Sequence record: NC_105618.1
DNA length: 50,465 bases
DNA from: a phage
Reading direction: 5' to 3' (one strand)
Shown in pieces: positions 20,129 to 27,907 of this stretch (positions within the stretch are counted from its first letter, which is position 1; every line of letters begins with the position of its first letter). A program made the position numbers and the translations under genes. The notes beneath the pieces were generated by a model, which did not search any database, was not told where the DNA came from, and saw nothing but the letters and a program-made list of their open reading frames with translations.

Positions 20129-21091
20129 ATACATGTTCGGAAGAACTATCAACGGAGATTGAATTGCTATGTTCCTGTTAGGCATCACGAATTGCTGTCG
20201 AGAGTAGTTGCCAACAACCTTATTTTTAGCAACTCTTACCTTGTTTCCAGCCATTCTAATCCCGTTCATCCTTACGTGGTTATATCCTCCATTCCCTTCA
20301 ATAAGTGCGCCGCAGTATGATAGCTGAATCAAGCTGTTTCCTATATCCTGATCCCCCGTTCCGATGTTGATTACGCGGTTGTAAACGAATGGCTTATTTA
20401 CTGTAGAAAAAGTAACCTGACCTTGCTTGTTTGTCATTGTTATACCGTTACCGCCGCGAGGTGGAGTGTTATTGAATATAACTAAATCCATAGAAACAGA
20501 GGCTGTTACGTCATCTCTCCCCCCGTATGATGCATTCCTTACCGTGATGTTTGAACCGTCAAATCCAACGCTTACATTAGGATCGTCCCATCTGGCGAAA
20601 GGTATGCCGCTTACTGGCAACTTCATGTTTCCATTTACAGTTATACGTTTTGAGTATTGGCACGTCATTAATTTTGCAACGTTTGATATAGCTGTGAAAT
20701 CAGTAGAGTTTGCAACCAGTAAGCCCTCGTTTCTTGTTCCTACTGGCAATATTTCCATGACAGTACCAGCCCATTGAGGTAGCCCGTTATATGCACTCAA
20801 TGCATCATCGCCTCTAATTATCACTCCGCTATTGCCATTCCTTGATACCGTCGTCGCATAAAACGGATCTGGTATAACAAGTGTCTGGTCGAACACCTCA
20901 ATAACGTCAACAGGTTTTGTGAAAACAACAACAACCTGAGATCCCGGAGTTAATGGAGTATTTACTGTTAACGCCTTGTTTGATTGCGCCCTCTGATTAA
21001 AGTTAGCGCAGAATGACGGTGCGCGAAGCCCTGCCGTTATTTGCATCGCTGGTCGTCCGTCATTGTAGTTTACATATATCCCCTCACCCAT
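20126..21091 (-). CDS. putative receptor-binding protein
   Basis: Gly/Asn/Thr-rich beta-type ORF; AAGGAG RBS before in-frame ATG 21091; translationally coupled to upstream lipoprotein gene. Confidence 0.35.
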   Translation of the reverse strand: MGEGIYVNYNDGRPAMQITAGLRAPSFCANFNQRAQSNKALTVNTPLTPGSQVVVVFTKPVDVIEVFDQTLVIPDPFYATTVSRNGNSGVIIRGDDALSAYNGLPQWAGTVMEILPVGTRNEGLLVANSTDFTAISNVAKLMTCQYSKRITVNGNMKLPVSGIPFARWDDPNVSVGFDGSNITVRNASYGGRDDVTASVSMDLVIFNNTPPRGGNGITMTNKQGQVTFSTVNKPFVYNRVINIGTGDQDIGNSLIQLSYCGALIEGNGGYNHVRMNGIRMAGNKVRVAKNKVVGNYSRQQFVMPNRNIAIQSPLIVLPNMY

Positions 21092-21093
21092 AA

Positions 21094-21324
21094 TTACCAC
21101 TCCTTAGTTTTGACTGAGATCTTACCGCTAAAGTTGCCCTGATTGTCGTCTGATGAAAGGCCTTTGAATCGCATGTCAACTTCTCCAGCAGGTACTTTCT
21201 TACCGTCAATGAATCGCATCATGCAAGATCCGTAAGCGTAAGTAACACAGTCGCCATTCTTAAGATTCTGAGCGCAACCAGTCAGGATGAACGCAGCGGC
21301 GATAATTGTGATTAACTTTTTCAT
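21094..21324 (-). CDS. small lipoprotein, putative superinfection-exclusion (Cor/Llp-like)
   Basis: signal peptide MKKLITIIAAAFILTGC with lipobox LTGC; about 60 aa mature; directly upstream of putative RBP. Confidence 0.5.
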   Translation of the reverse strand: MKKLITIIAAAFILTGCAQNLKNGDCVTYAYGSCMMRFIDGKKVPAGEVDMRFKGLSSDDNQGNFSGKISVKTKEW

Positions 21325-21851
21325 TTGTATGCCCTCGTCGTTAGTGTGTTTGAATTGTATGTCGCATTTACTTTTATTGCAATAGTTCGATTACAATTTT
21401 TTTCGCGTAACAGGTGTCTATTTTTGTAACTGGAAGTGGTGTTACAAAATCGACCTCATTCGACCGCAGGTAGATATGATAAAAACTCTATATAATATAT
21501 ATAGATAGATAATATTTAATTTTAGCTTTATATATATAATTATTGCTGTGTAACAGTTGTCTATCATGTAACAGGTGATTTGATTGATTCGTCAAATTTC
21601 TATCATATATGTTCAAAATTTAATCAATCTTGGTTCTATTCATGGATATCTGTGTATTTATAAGAAAAAGCGGTTACAAGTGTTACACAATATACACCAC
21701 ATAAAATCAAGGTTAATCTATTGATTCCATTGATGCTGGTTGTAACTTGAGCGATATAGACACACGATTACACACCAATTACATGTATTCGATTGACTAA
21801 ACGCTGTTAATGGCTATAATGGATTCATCGTAAACGAAGGAGATAAACGAA
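21325..21851. promoter_or_regulatory. AT-rich divergent control region with repeats
   Basis: 527 bp without ORFs; repeats GTAACAG(G/T)TGTCTAT and TCTATATAATATATATAG; contains sigma70-like promoter TTGACT-16-TATAAT. Confidence 0.6.
21793..21820 (+). promoter_or_regulatory. sigma70-like promoter for recombination operon
   Basis: TTGACT, 16 nt spacer, TATAAT, about 30 nt upstream of RBS of 21852 gene. Confidence 0.55.
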
Positions 21852-22916
21852 ATGTTCCAGGTATTCACATCAAACCAGCTTTCTAATGACGAGTATCATA
21901 GCAATGAAGGTTGGGCGGCAGAGTATGTAAGCGGATCGAGCCTTGCAGAAATTTATCAGACCTGCCCGGCTAACTGGCGATTCAAGAAGAACGAGACAAC
22001 GAAAGCGCTGGAGTTCGGTACTCAGTCTCATACCAACTTCGAGAGTCGCGATCTGTTTACTGCAACTTATGCTCGTTGTCCGGCTCCGTCAGAGTTTAAA
22101 GATCTCATTACTTCGCAAGCTGCACTGGCGGCAAAATTAAAATCCTTTGGCCTGAAAGGTACATCCGGTAAGCAGTACCCTGACCTCATCAAAATGATGG
22201 TTGATTGTGGTGAAGAACTCAATGTCCAATACCTGATTGAACTGATCGCAGAGGCTGAGGCGCGCGCTGAAGGAAAGCAACTCGTTGACGCTGATAAATA
22301 CGACGCCTGCATGAAGATGAGAGCCATACTTGAGCAAAATCCTGATCACGAGGCGTGCATCAACAGCGAAACGGCGCAGCGTGAGATCTCAATCTTTGGT
22401 GAGATATCCGGCGTCAAGGTTAAGGTTAGACTTGACCATCTGGACTACAAAGAGAATGTTCCAGGTCGCGTGCTGACTGGTTATGATGAGAATGGCGATC
22501 CGGTATTCGAAGACGTCATTTTCCCTGAAGCGCTGATTATCACTGACTTCAAAACCACGATGAGCGCCAACCCGCTAGAGTTCCCGAGACTGGCATACAA
22601 TCACGGGTATTATCTTAAAATGGCCTTGCAGCATGACTTATTGCGGCGTGCAATTCAGGCTGGAGCATTTGAAGGAAACTTCCCGGAAGATATCCCGATC
22701 GTAGTTCGATTGCTGGCACAGGAGAAAAAGGAGCCTTACATTGCCCTTGCTTATCGCATGACTATGGAGCAAATCAGAATCGGTCGCAATCAGTATATTA
22801 GCGTGGTACACACTTATAAGGCTTGCTCTGAGATGGACGTTTGGCCTGGATATGCTGGCGACGCAAGCGAGATCGAACTCGAAACGCCGTCATGGGTACG
22901 ATATCAAAACAAGTAA
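21852..22916 (+). CDS. putative recombination exonuclease (PD-(D/E)XK, RecE/YqaJ-like)
   Basis: VRLDHLD ... IITDFKT motifs consistent with D...(D/E)XK nuclease core; adjacent to ERF and SSB. Confidence 0.55.
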   Translation: MFQVFTSNQLSNDEYHSNEGWAAEYVSGSSLAEIYQTCPANWRFKKNETTKALEFGTQSHTNFESRDLFTATYARCPAPSEFKDLITSQAALAAKLKSFGLKGTSGKQYPDLIKMMVDCGEELNVQYLIELIAEAEARAEGKQLVDADKYDACMKMRAILEQNPDHEACINSETAQREISIFGEISGVKVKVRLDHLDYKENVPGRVLTGYDENGDPVFEDVIFPEALIITDFKTTMSANPLEFPRLAYNHGYYLKMALQHDLLRRAIQAGAFEGNFPEDIPIVVRLLAQEKKEPYIALAYRMTMEQIRIGRNQYISVVHTYKACSEMDVWPGYAGDASEIELETPSWVRYQNK

Positions 22917-22944
22917 ACGGCACAAATAGCTAAACAAATAATTA

Positions 22945-22968
22945 ATGAGGTGTTATAATGCACCTCAT
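22945..22968 (+). promoter_or_regulatory. extended -10 promoter element within hairpin
   Basis: TGtTATAAT inside stem-loop GAGGTG...CACCTC. Confidence 0.4.
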
Positions 22969-22990
22969 ACACCAATCAGGAGAAGTTAAG

Positions 22991-23638
22991 ATGCAATTAT
23001 CACCAGAAACAAACGAAATCCTCCCAGCACTGTTTAACGCTCGCAATAAATTTGCGAAAGCAAAGAAGGATGCAAAAAACAATCACCTGAAAAACTCATA
23101 CGCAACTCTTGATGCGATGATGGCGGCAGTTAGCCCAGCGCTAACCGACAACGATATCATGATCCTGCAATCAATGCTTGATACCAGCACGGAAACAACA
23201 TTCCATCTTGAGACTATGCTGATTCACAAATCCGGGCAATGGGCCAAATTCTTCATGATGATGCCGATTGCAAAACGAGATCCTCAAGGTGTAGGTTCCG
23301 CAATGACTTATGCTCGACGCTACTCTCTCGCTGCGGCGCTTGGTATTAGTCAGAGTGACGACGATGCACAGCTTGCAGTGAAATCTGTCAAGGACTGGAA
23401 AAAAGAACTTGATGCGTGCGAAGATATCGAATCACTGAAGGATGTATGGGCCAGCGCCTACCGTCAGACTGACACGGCTAGCAAGTCAATAATTCAGGAT
23501 CATTACAACGCACTGAAGGCGAAGTTTGAGATCGGCAAGGCTCGCGGCATTCGCCCGGCGCAACCGGAACAAAGAAAACAGGTTGAAGCAACAAGCGCTA
23601 AACCTGTACAATCTCAATCAATCACAAACTTCGAATAA
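22991..23638 (+). CDS. erf: putative single-strand annealing protein (ERF-like)
   Basis: position between exonuclease and SSB; AGGAGA RBS before in-frame ATG 22991; family by recollection only. Confidence 0.5.
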   Translation: MQLSPETNEILPALFNARNKFAKAKKDAKNNHLKNSYATLDAMMAAVSPALTDNDIMILQSMLDTSTETTFHLETMLIHKSGQWAKFFMMMPIAKRDPQGVGSAMTYARRYSLAAALGISQSDDDAQLAVKSVKDWKKELDACEDIESLKDVWASAYRQTDTASKSIIQDHYNALKAKFEIGKARGIRPAQPEQRKQVEATSAKPVQSQSITNFE

Positions 23639-23684
23639 TCACCCGGGCGGCTTTGGTCGCCCATAAATTTTAGGAGAGAAAATA

Positions 23685-24107
23685 ATGCATATTATCACTG
23701 GAGAGATCCGAAAAGAACCGAAGATTCTGGAACGTAACGGCGGCAATACTTACATCATCGAACTGGCAGAAAGCTACAAACCGCGCGATGGCGATCGCGA
23801 ATACACAAACTACACGTTCTTTTTTAGTGACGGTGGAAAGCCCGGACTTGCTGACTGGTATCGTGATGCGTTCCAGGTTGGTAGAGTGATCTCAGTATCG
23901 TGCGAAACGTTGAAGATCTCATCCCGTGAGCACAACGGAACTGTTTACAATTCATTGCAGGCGGCTGACTTCCCCAAACTTGTTTTCAGTCAAAGAGGTC
24001 AAGGTAATCAGCAACAACGAGCGCCGAATCAACAGCAACGCACTCAACAGCAATCACAACCAAAACCAAATCCTCAGTCAACTTTCGACGACGATATTCC
24101 GTTTTAA
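23685..24107 (+). CDS. ssb: single-stranded DNA-binding protein
   Basis: Gly/Gln-rich linker and C-terminal acidic tip DDDIPF characteristic of SSB. Confidence 0.8.
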   Translation: MHIITGEIRKEPKILERNGGNTYIIELAESYKPRDGDREYTNYTFFFSDGGKPGLADWYRDAFQVGRVISVSCETLKISSREHNGTVYNSLQAADFPKLVFSQRGQGNQQQRAPNQQQRTQQQSQPKPNPQSTFDDDIPF

Positions 24108-24109
24108 TA

Positions 24110-24140
24110 AGAAAGCCCCGCAATGCGGGGCTTTCTTTTA
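24110..24140. terminator. bidirectional intrinsic terminator
   Basis: AAAGCCCCGC-AAT-GCGGGGCTTT hairpin with T-run, between convergent genes. Confidence 0.7.
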
Positions 24141-26264
24141 TTCTTCTTTGCAACCTGTTGCGTGTGCTTCCTCCCACTCGCTTCTTTTTGCCACGTTTCT
24201 TACTTCTCGCTCCATCCTTTCTAATTCGGTGTTGTAAATGCTGTCAGGTGGCATTTCAACACGGATGCTAACGAAAGTATCATTCGGTATGTCGATCGGA
24301 TCGCCGTTCGAATAACCTTCCTTATCGTTCCTTGCGAACTTCGGCGCACTCTCATGCGTTCGATGGAATGTTTTAAGGATTATTGATCCATCGGCGTTTA
24401 CTTCATAATCAACCCACAATAGCGGCTGCTTGTTTATGTCAACCGGGATTTCGATTCCACCACTAATGCCACCCCAAGCAAGATCGGAGTTCAATCCTGT
24501 GCATCCTTCAATAAGGTACTCGCCAACCCCGATTCGCTGAACGGTGCAGCCCTCAGATTCGTCGTTGGTTTCGAAAGAATCCCTCTTAACCCTCACGATC
24601 GGTGAAGCTCGCTTGATAAATCCATTGACATCTACGGTTGTGTTTTTAGTTCCCCATAGAGCATTGACTTGAACCACGCCATTATTGAGGTCGCTATTGT
24701 TCGCGCCGATAGAGTAAACGTTAGCATTCCTGTAGTCAACTGAAAGTAATCCGAATGTGTCACCTGCAAGCATGTAGATAGCTGCGTTATACTGGAAGTT
24801 AGCTCCACCTGCAGAAGCCGCACCAGTATTACGCATAACCCTAGAACCTCCGGTATCGCGCATTCCCTTAATCCAACTTCCAATATTTGGTTGATTTATA
24901 TCCTTACCAGCACCTATTACCATAGTCTTATCACTATCTATTATAACCCTTCCGTCATATGCAACAGAGCTATCATCTCTCAACTGTAGTGCTCTATTAG
25001 ACGTTCCGTTTTTAAAATGAACATCATTTCCACCAACACTAATATAACCAGATTGATTTGGCCTTCCCTGATCGGAACGCTTAATTGTAATTCCGTATTC
25101 TACACTTGGGGATGCGCTAGTTAGAACCTCCTTCCACGCACCATAATTACCATTATTCATACATCTGAACATCATCCTTCCAGAACTTGAGTAAGATCCA
25201 GAGAGTTGAAATTTGTAATTGTTGCCCTGAGTGCAATTAAATGTTACAACACCCAAAAACTGACCATCACCAATACCGAATGGCTTTCCAAAGTTATCCC
25301 CATTACCAACATAGAATCCATTTGCCAGATTAACAGAATTACCCTCAGATAATGAGTTTACAAGTCCAGCACTTGATTGAAGGCCAAGCCCAAACTTATC
25401 TATATCAAGATTTGTTCTTGCAACGCTTTTGTTTGTCAATCCACTAAGATTACCATCCTTCGTTAACAGGTTGTCAGCGTTAATGCTATTAGCTGCGTCC
25501 TTTGCTTCCTGAGCGCTAACCGATGCCGCATCTTTTGCACTAACAGCATCGTCACGAGCCGCCTGTGCGTCGTTTTTTGCTGAGGTTGCAGTTTGCGCCG
25601 CCGCCTGGGCGTTGTTAACGTAACCTGACAGATCTCCTTTGGCGTCATTGATTGCTTTAATGGCTGCTTTCTCTTCCGTGTCGATGTGCGTAATCGCCGC
25701 TGATTCTTTAGAGCCTACATCTGTGATCGCTTGTTCTTTTGCTGCATTGATGCTACCGACAGCCCCGTCAACAATTTGCTGAACTTGGCCTTTGGTGGCT
25801 TTAGCTTCGTCACGTGCTGCATTCGCTGAGTCGCGAGCAAGTTCCGCTTGATTCTGTGCAGATTCAGCGGCTGATTTGTTCGCCTTAATTTCTTCAACGA
25901 TGCGGTTAAGGTTATCCATATCCAGACTCGCAATGATATCCATTGCCCCGGCAATCTCAGTCTCTTTGCTTTGATAGTATCGAAGCGTCTCAGCGACGTT
26001 TTGAGCCAATCCGTTAACAGTCAGTGAATCGTTAAGCAAGATCACATACTTACCGTCAGAGGCAGTCTGACCGTCGGTAGAGATAGCCTTTAATTCTGTG
26101 TCGCTAACGATATCGCTAATCACCGCCAGCTTAATTGGTTGCTCAAGGAATACGATAGTTGCACCTACGCGAATCAGAGCAAGCTGGTCTTTCCATTTTG
26201 TATCGGTTCCGTGAACCGTTCCGTCTGCATCCATTGATGCTGTACCGCGTCTATATAAAGCCAT
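24138..26264 (-). CDS. tail fibre protein
   Basis: 708 aa; Ala-rich coiled-coil segment; Gly/Asn/Ser-rich beta-type C-terminal region. Confidence 0.65.
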   Translation of the reverse strand: MALYRRGTASMDADGTVHGTDTKWKDQLALIRVGATIVFLEQPIKLAVISDIVSDTELKAISTDGQTASDGKYVILLNDSLTVNGLAQNVAETLRYYQSKETEIAGAMDIIASLDMDNLNRIVEEIKANKSAAESAQNQAELARDSANAARDEAKATKGQVQQIVDGAVGSINAAKEQAITDVGSKESAAITHIDTEEKAAIKAINDAKGDLSGYVNNAQAAAQTATSAKNDAQAARDDAVSAKDAASVSAQEAKDAANSINADNLLTKDGNLSGLTNKSVARTNLDIDKFGLGLQSSAGLVNSLSEGNSVNLANGFYVGNGDNFGKPFGIGDGQFLGVVTFNCTQGNNYKFQLSGSYSSSGRMMFRCMNNGNYGAWKEVLTSASPSVEYGITIKRSDQGRPNQSGYISVGGNDVHFKNGTSNRALQLRDDSSVAYDGRVIIDSDKTMVIGAGKDINQPNIGSWIKGMRDTGGSRVMRNTGAASAGGANFQYNAAIYMLAGDTFGLLSVDYRNANVYSIGANNSDLNNGVVQVNALWGTKNTTVDVNGFIKRASPIVRVKRDSFETNDESEGCTVQRIGVGEYLIEGCTGLNSDLAWGGISGGIEIPVDINKQPLLWVDYEVNADGSIILKTFHRTHESAPKFARNDKEGYSNGDPIDIPNDTFVSIRVEMPPDSIYNTELERMEREVRNVAKRSEWEEAHATGCKEE

Positions 26265-26342
26265 AGTATAAACTCCTTAAGTAAATAGCACGAATTGCTA
26301 AGCACTGATTTTATCATTGTGGTACTGGTCTTGCAATGGGCA

Positions 26343-26365
26343 ATAAAAAACCGCCAGAAGGCGGT
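26343..26365 (-). terminator. intrinsic terminator
   Basis: CCGCC-AGAAG-GCGG hairpin followed by T-run on minus strand after primase gene. Confidence 0.55.
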
Positions 26366-27300
26366 TAAAGTAGGTCGCTTGCTGAGAATAATTTGGCTTG
26401 CATCCCTGAGCGGTATCCTCCAGGATTTGGGATGATTATCTTCAATTGTCGATCGTCTGCCATATATAAAGTCTCTTTGTCTGAAGGTTCACACGCGACC
26501 CTTATCTCCCTTTCTCCTTTGTATCTGTACGCAACCATTTCGAGGTTTTCAGGAGTGAAGCAGGCCCATACCTCTTGTTTTGTGTGAAATGCAATATGCT
26601 GAGCATCAATCCAATTCAGGCATAAGTAGATCGCCTTTTCAGTTTTACCAGTCACAGCAACTGAGCAACTTGTGTATTTCTTCGCATAGAATGACTCTCT
26701 TCCTTCCTCATCAATAATCAAAATATTGCAGAACTCATCATCAAGACCGTCCTCGTGTACAAGTTGACACGGGATAGTGTGAAATAGGCTCTCCCCGCCA
26801 TCGTCGCGACGTTTTACGCCAACGTCGAATGATTCAGTAGGTAGCGACTCAAACATGCTTAGAGGAGTGTTTACTCGCTTCTCTGTGCGCTCCATGACTT
26901 TCATCACCGCTTCATGATCTGCCATCATGACATTGACGCCCGATACCGGAGTCCGGCGCGCTTTCTTGTTTGCCTTGACGATGTATTCCTGCGGAACTTT
27001 TCCGAGAAATCTTCCCAGGATATTTATGCATTCGCTATACGGCATACCAGTTAATTTCATCAACCAACCTATCCCGGAGTCGTTACCGCACGAGTTGCAG
27101 ATTGCACCGCCGTCTCCTGGGGTATTCAGATTGTCGGTCCAGCGAAAACGGTCCTTACCTCCACAGTTAGGGCAAGGCTGATGCTTCTTGTTGAATACCT
27201 CGTTAGGCAATCCGCAGACTGACTGAAAAGCCTCACGCCATAACCCCTTCATATACGGCAAGACGTCCTCTTTCTGAAACATCATAAACTCTTCGTTCAC
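26365..27300 (-). CDS. DNA primase (zinc-binding, P4-type)
   Basis: CPNCGGKDRFRW ... CNSCGN zinc-binding motifs typical of phage/plasmid primase N-terminal domains. Confidence 0.65.
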   Translation of the reverse strand: MNEEFMMFQKEDVLPYMKGLWREAFQSVCGLPNEVFNKKHQPCPNCGGKDRFRWTDNLNTPGDGGAICNSCGNDSGIGWLMKLTGMPYSECINILGRFLGKVPQEYIVKANKKARRTPVSGVNVMMADHEAVMKVMERTEKRVNTPLSMFESLPTESFDVGVKRRDDGGESLFHTIPCQLVHEDGLDDEFCNILIIDEEGRESFYAKKYTSCSVAVTGKTEKAIYLCLNWIDAQHIAFHTKQEVWACFTPENLEMVAYRYKGEREIRVACEPSDKETLYMADDRQLKIIIPNPGGYRSGMQAKLFSASDLL

Positions 27301-27310
27301 TTCCAGATCT

Positions 27311-27350
27311 CCAAATAAAAAACGCGTAGAAGGATGTTAACCCGCTACGC
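27311..27350 (-). terminator. intrinsic terminator
   Basis: ACGCGTAG...CTACGCGT hairpin followed by T-run on minus strand. Confidence 0.55.
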
Positions 27351-27360
27351 GTCGTTTGTT

Positions 27361-27813
27361 TTAACTAAAAATGCTATTTGTCGTTCCAATATCTTCCTTC
27401 TTCACGACCCGCATAAACTTCTTGTTTTTGCAGCGCTTCTCAAGGCACTTTCCGTTCCCATCAAACTTCAGATCGAATCGCAGCCATGCGGCCCGAAATC
27501 CTTTGCAACCCTGTCGGCGATAAGCACGATGCGCCGCTTCAGCGCCTTGCCAGGAAATCATATTTCGATCCTTCCAACCTTGAACCGTCTGGTTGCTAAC
27601 TTTCAGAGCCTTTGCACAAGCCGCCGGACCACCATAATATTCAATAAGAGCATCCAATCGCGCCCTCAGTCCTGCGCGCGTTTCTTCTTTATGGATATAA
27701 AATCCGCAGCGCTGGCGGGGCTTTTTGTCTTTACCGCGTCGTGTTCCGTTGTTACCATTGATGTGACGTTTATCGATTTCACCAGTAGACTCTGCGATAC
27801 GTTTCATATTCAT
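27361..27813 (-). CDS. putative HTH DNA-binding regulator
   Basis: KALKVSNQTVQGWKDR helix-turn-helix-like segment; in-frame ATG 27813 preceded by AGGAGA; palindromic motif lies in its 5' leader. Confidence 0.45.
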   Translation of the reverse strand: MNMKRIAESTGEIDKRHINGNNGTRRGKDKKPRQRCGFYIHKEETRAGLRARLDALIEYYGGPAACAKALKVSNQTVQGWKDRNMISWQGAEAAHRAYRRQGCKGFRAAWLRFDLKFDGNGKCLEKRCKNKKFMRVVKKEDIGTTNSIFS

Positions 27814-27827
27814 CTTAATTCTCCTGT

Positions 27828-27870
27828 AGCACTTTTTGCTAAAAACGTTTACTGTATGCCGTGTATTATA
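27828..27870 (+). promoter_or_regulatory. palindromic-motif promoter module (helicase operon)
   Basis: TAGCA-N5-TGCTA, 22 nt, TATTAT; overlaps RBS/start of divergent HTH gene. Confidence 0.5.
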
Positions 27871-27894
27871 TCGTAAACGATACAACGATTCAAA
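27866..27894 (-). promoter_or_regulatory. sigma70-like promoter of HTH regulator gene
   Basis: minus-strand TTGAAT, 17 nt spacer, TATAAT; approximate coordinates. Confidence 0.45.
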
Positions 27895-27907
27895 GGATTA
27901 AATAGCC

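Noticed and set aside
20114-20320. Plus-strand 68-aa ORF downstream of the J-like gene
   Set aside because: Begins inside the bidirectional terminator and overlaps the better-supported minus-strand ORF 20126-21091.
27334-27876. Plus-strand ORF of 180 aa antisense to the HTH regulator gene
   Set aside because: Lies entirely antisense to a better-supported gene with RBS and promoter, has no RBS of its own, and its reading frame runs across the promoter module and terminator.
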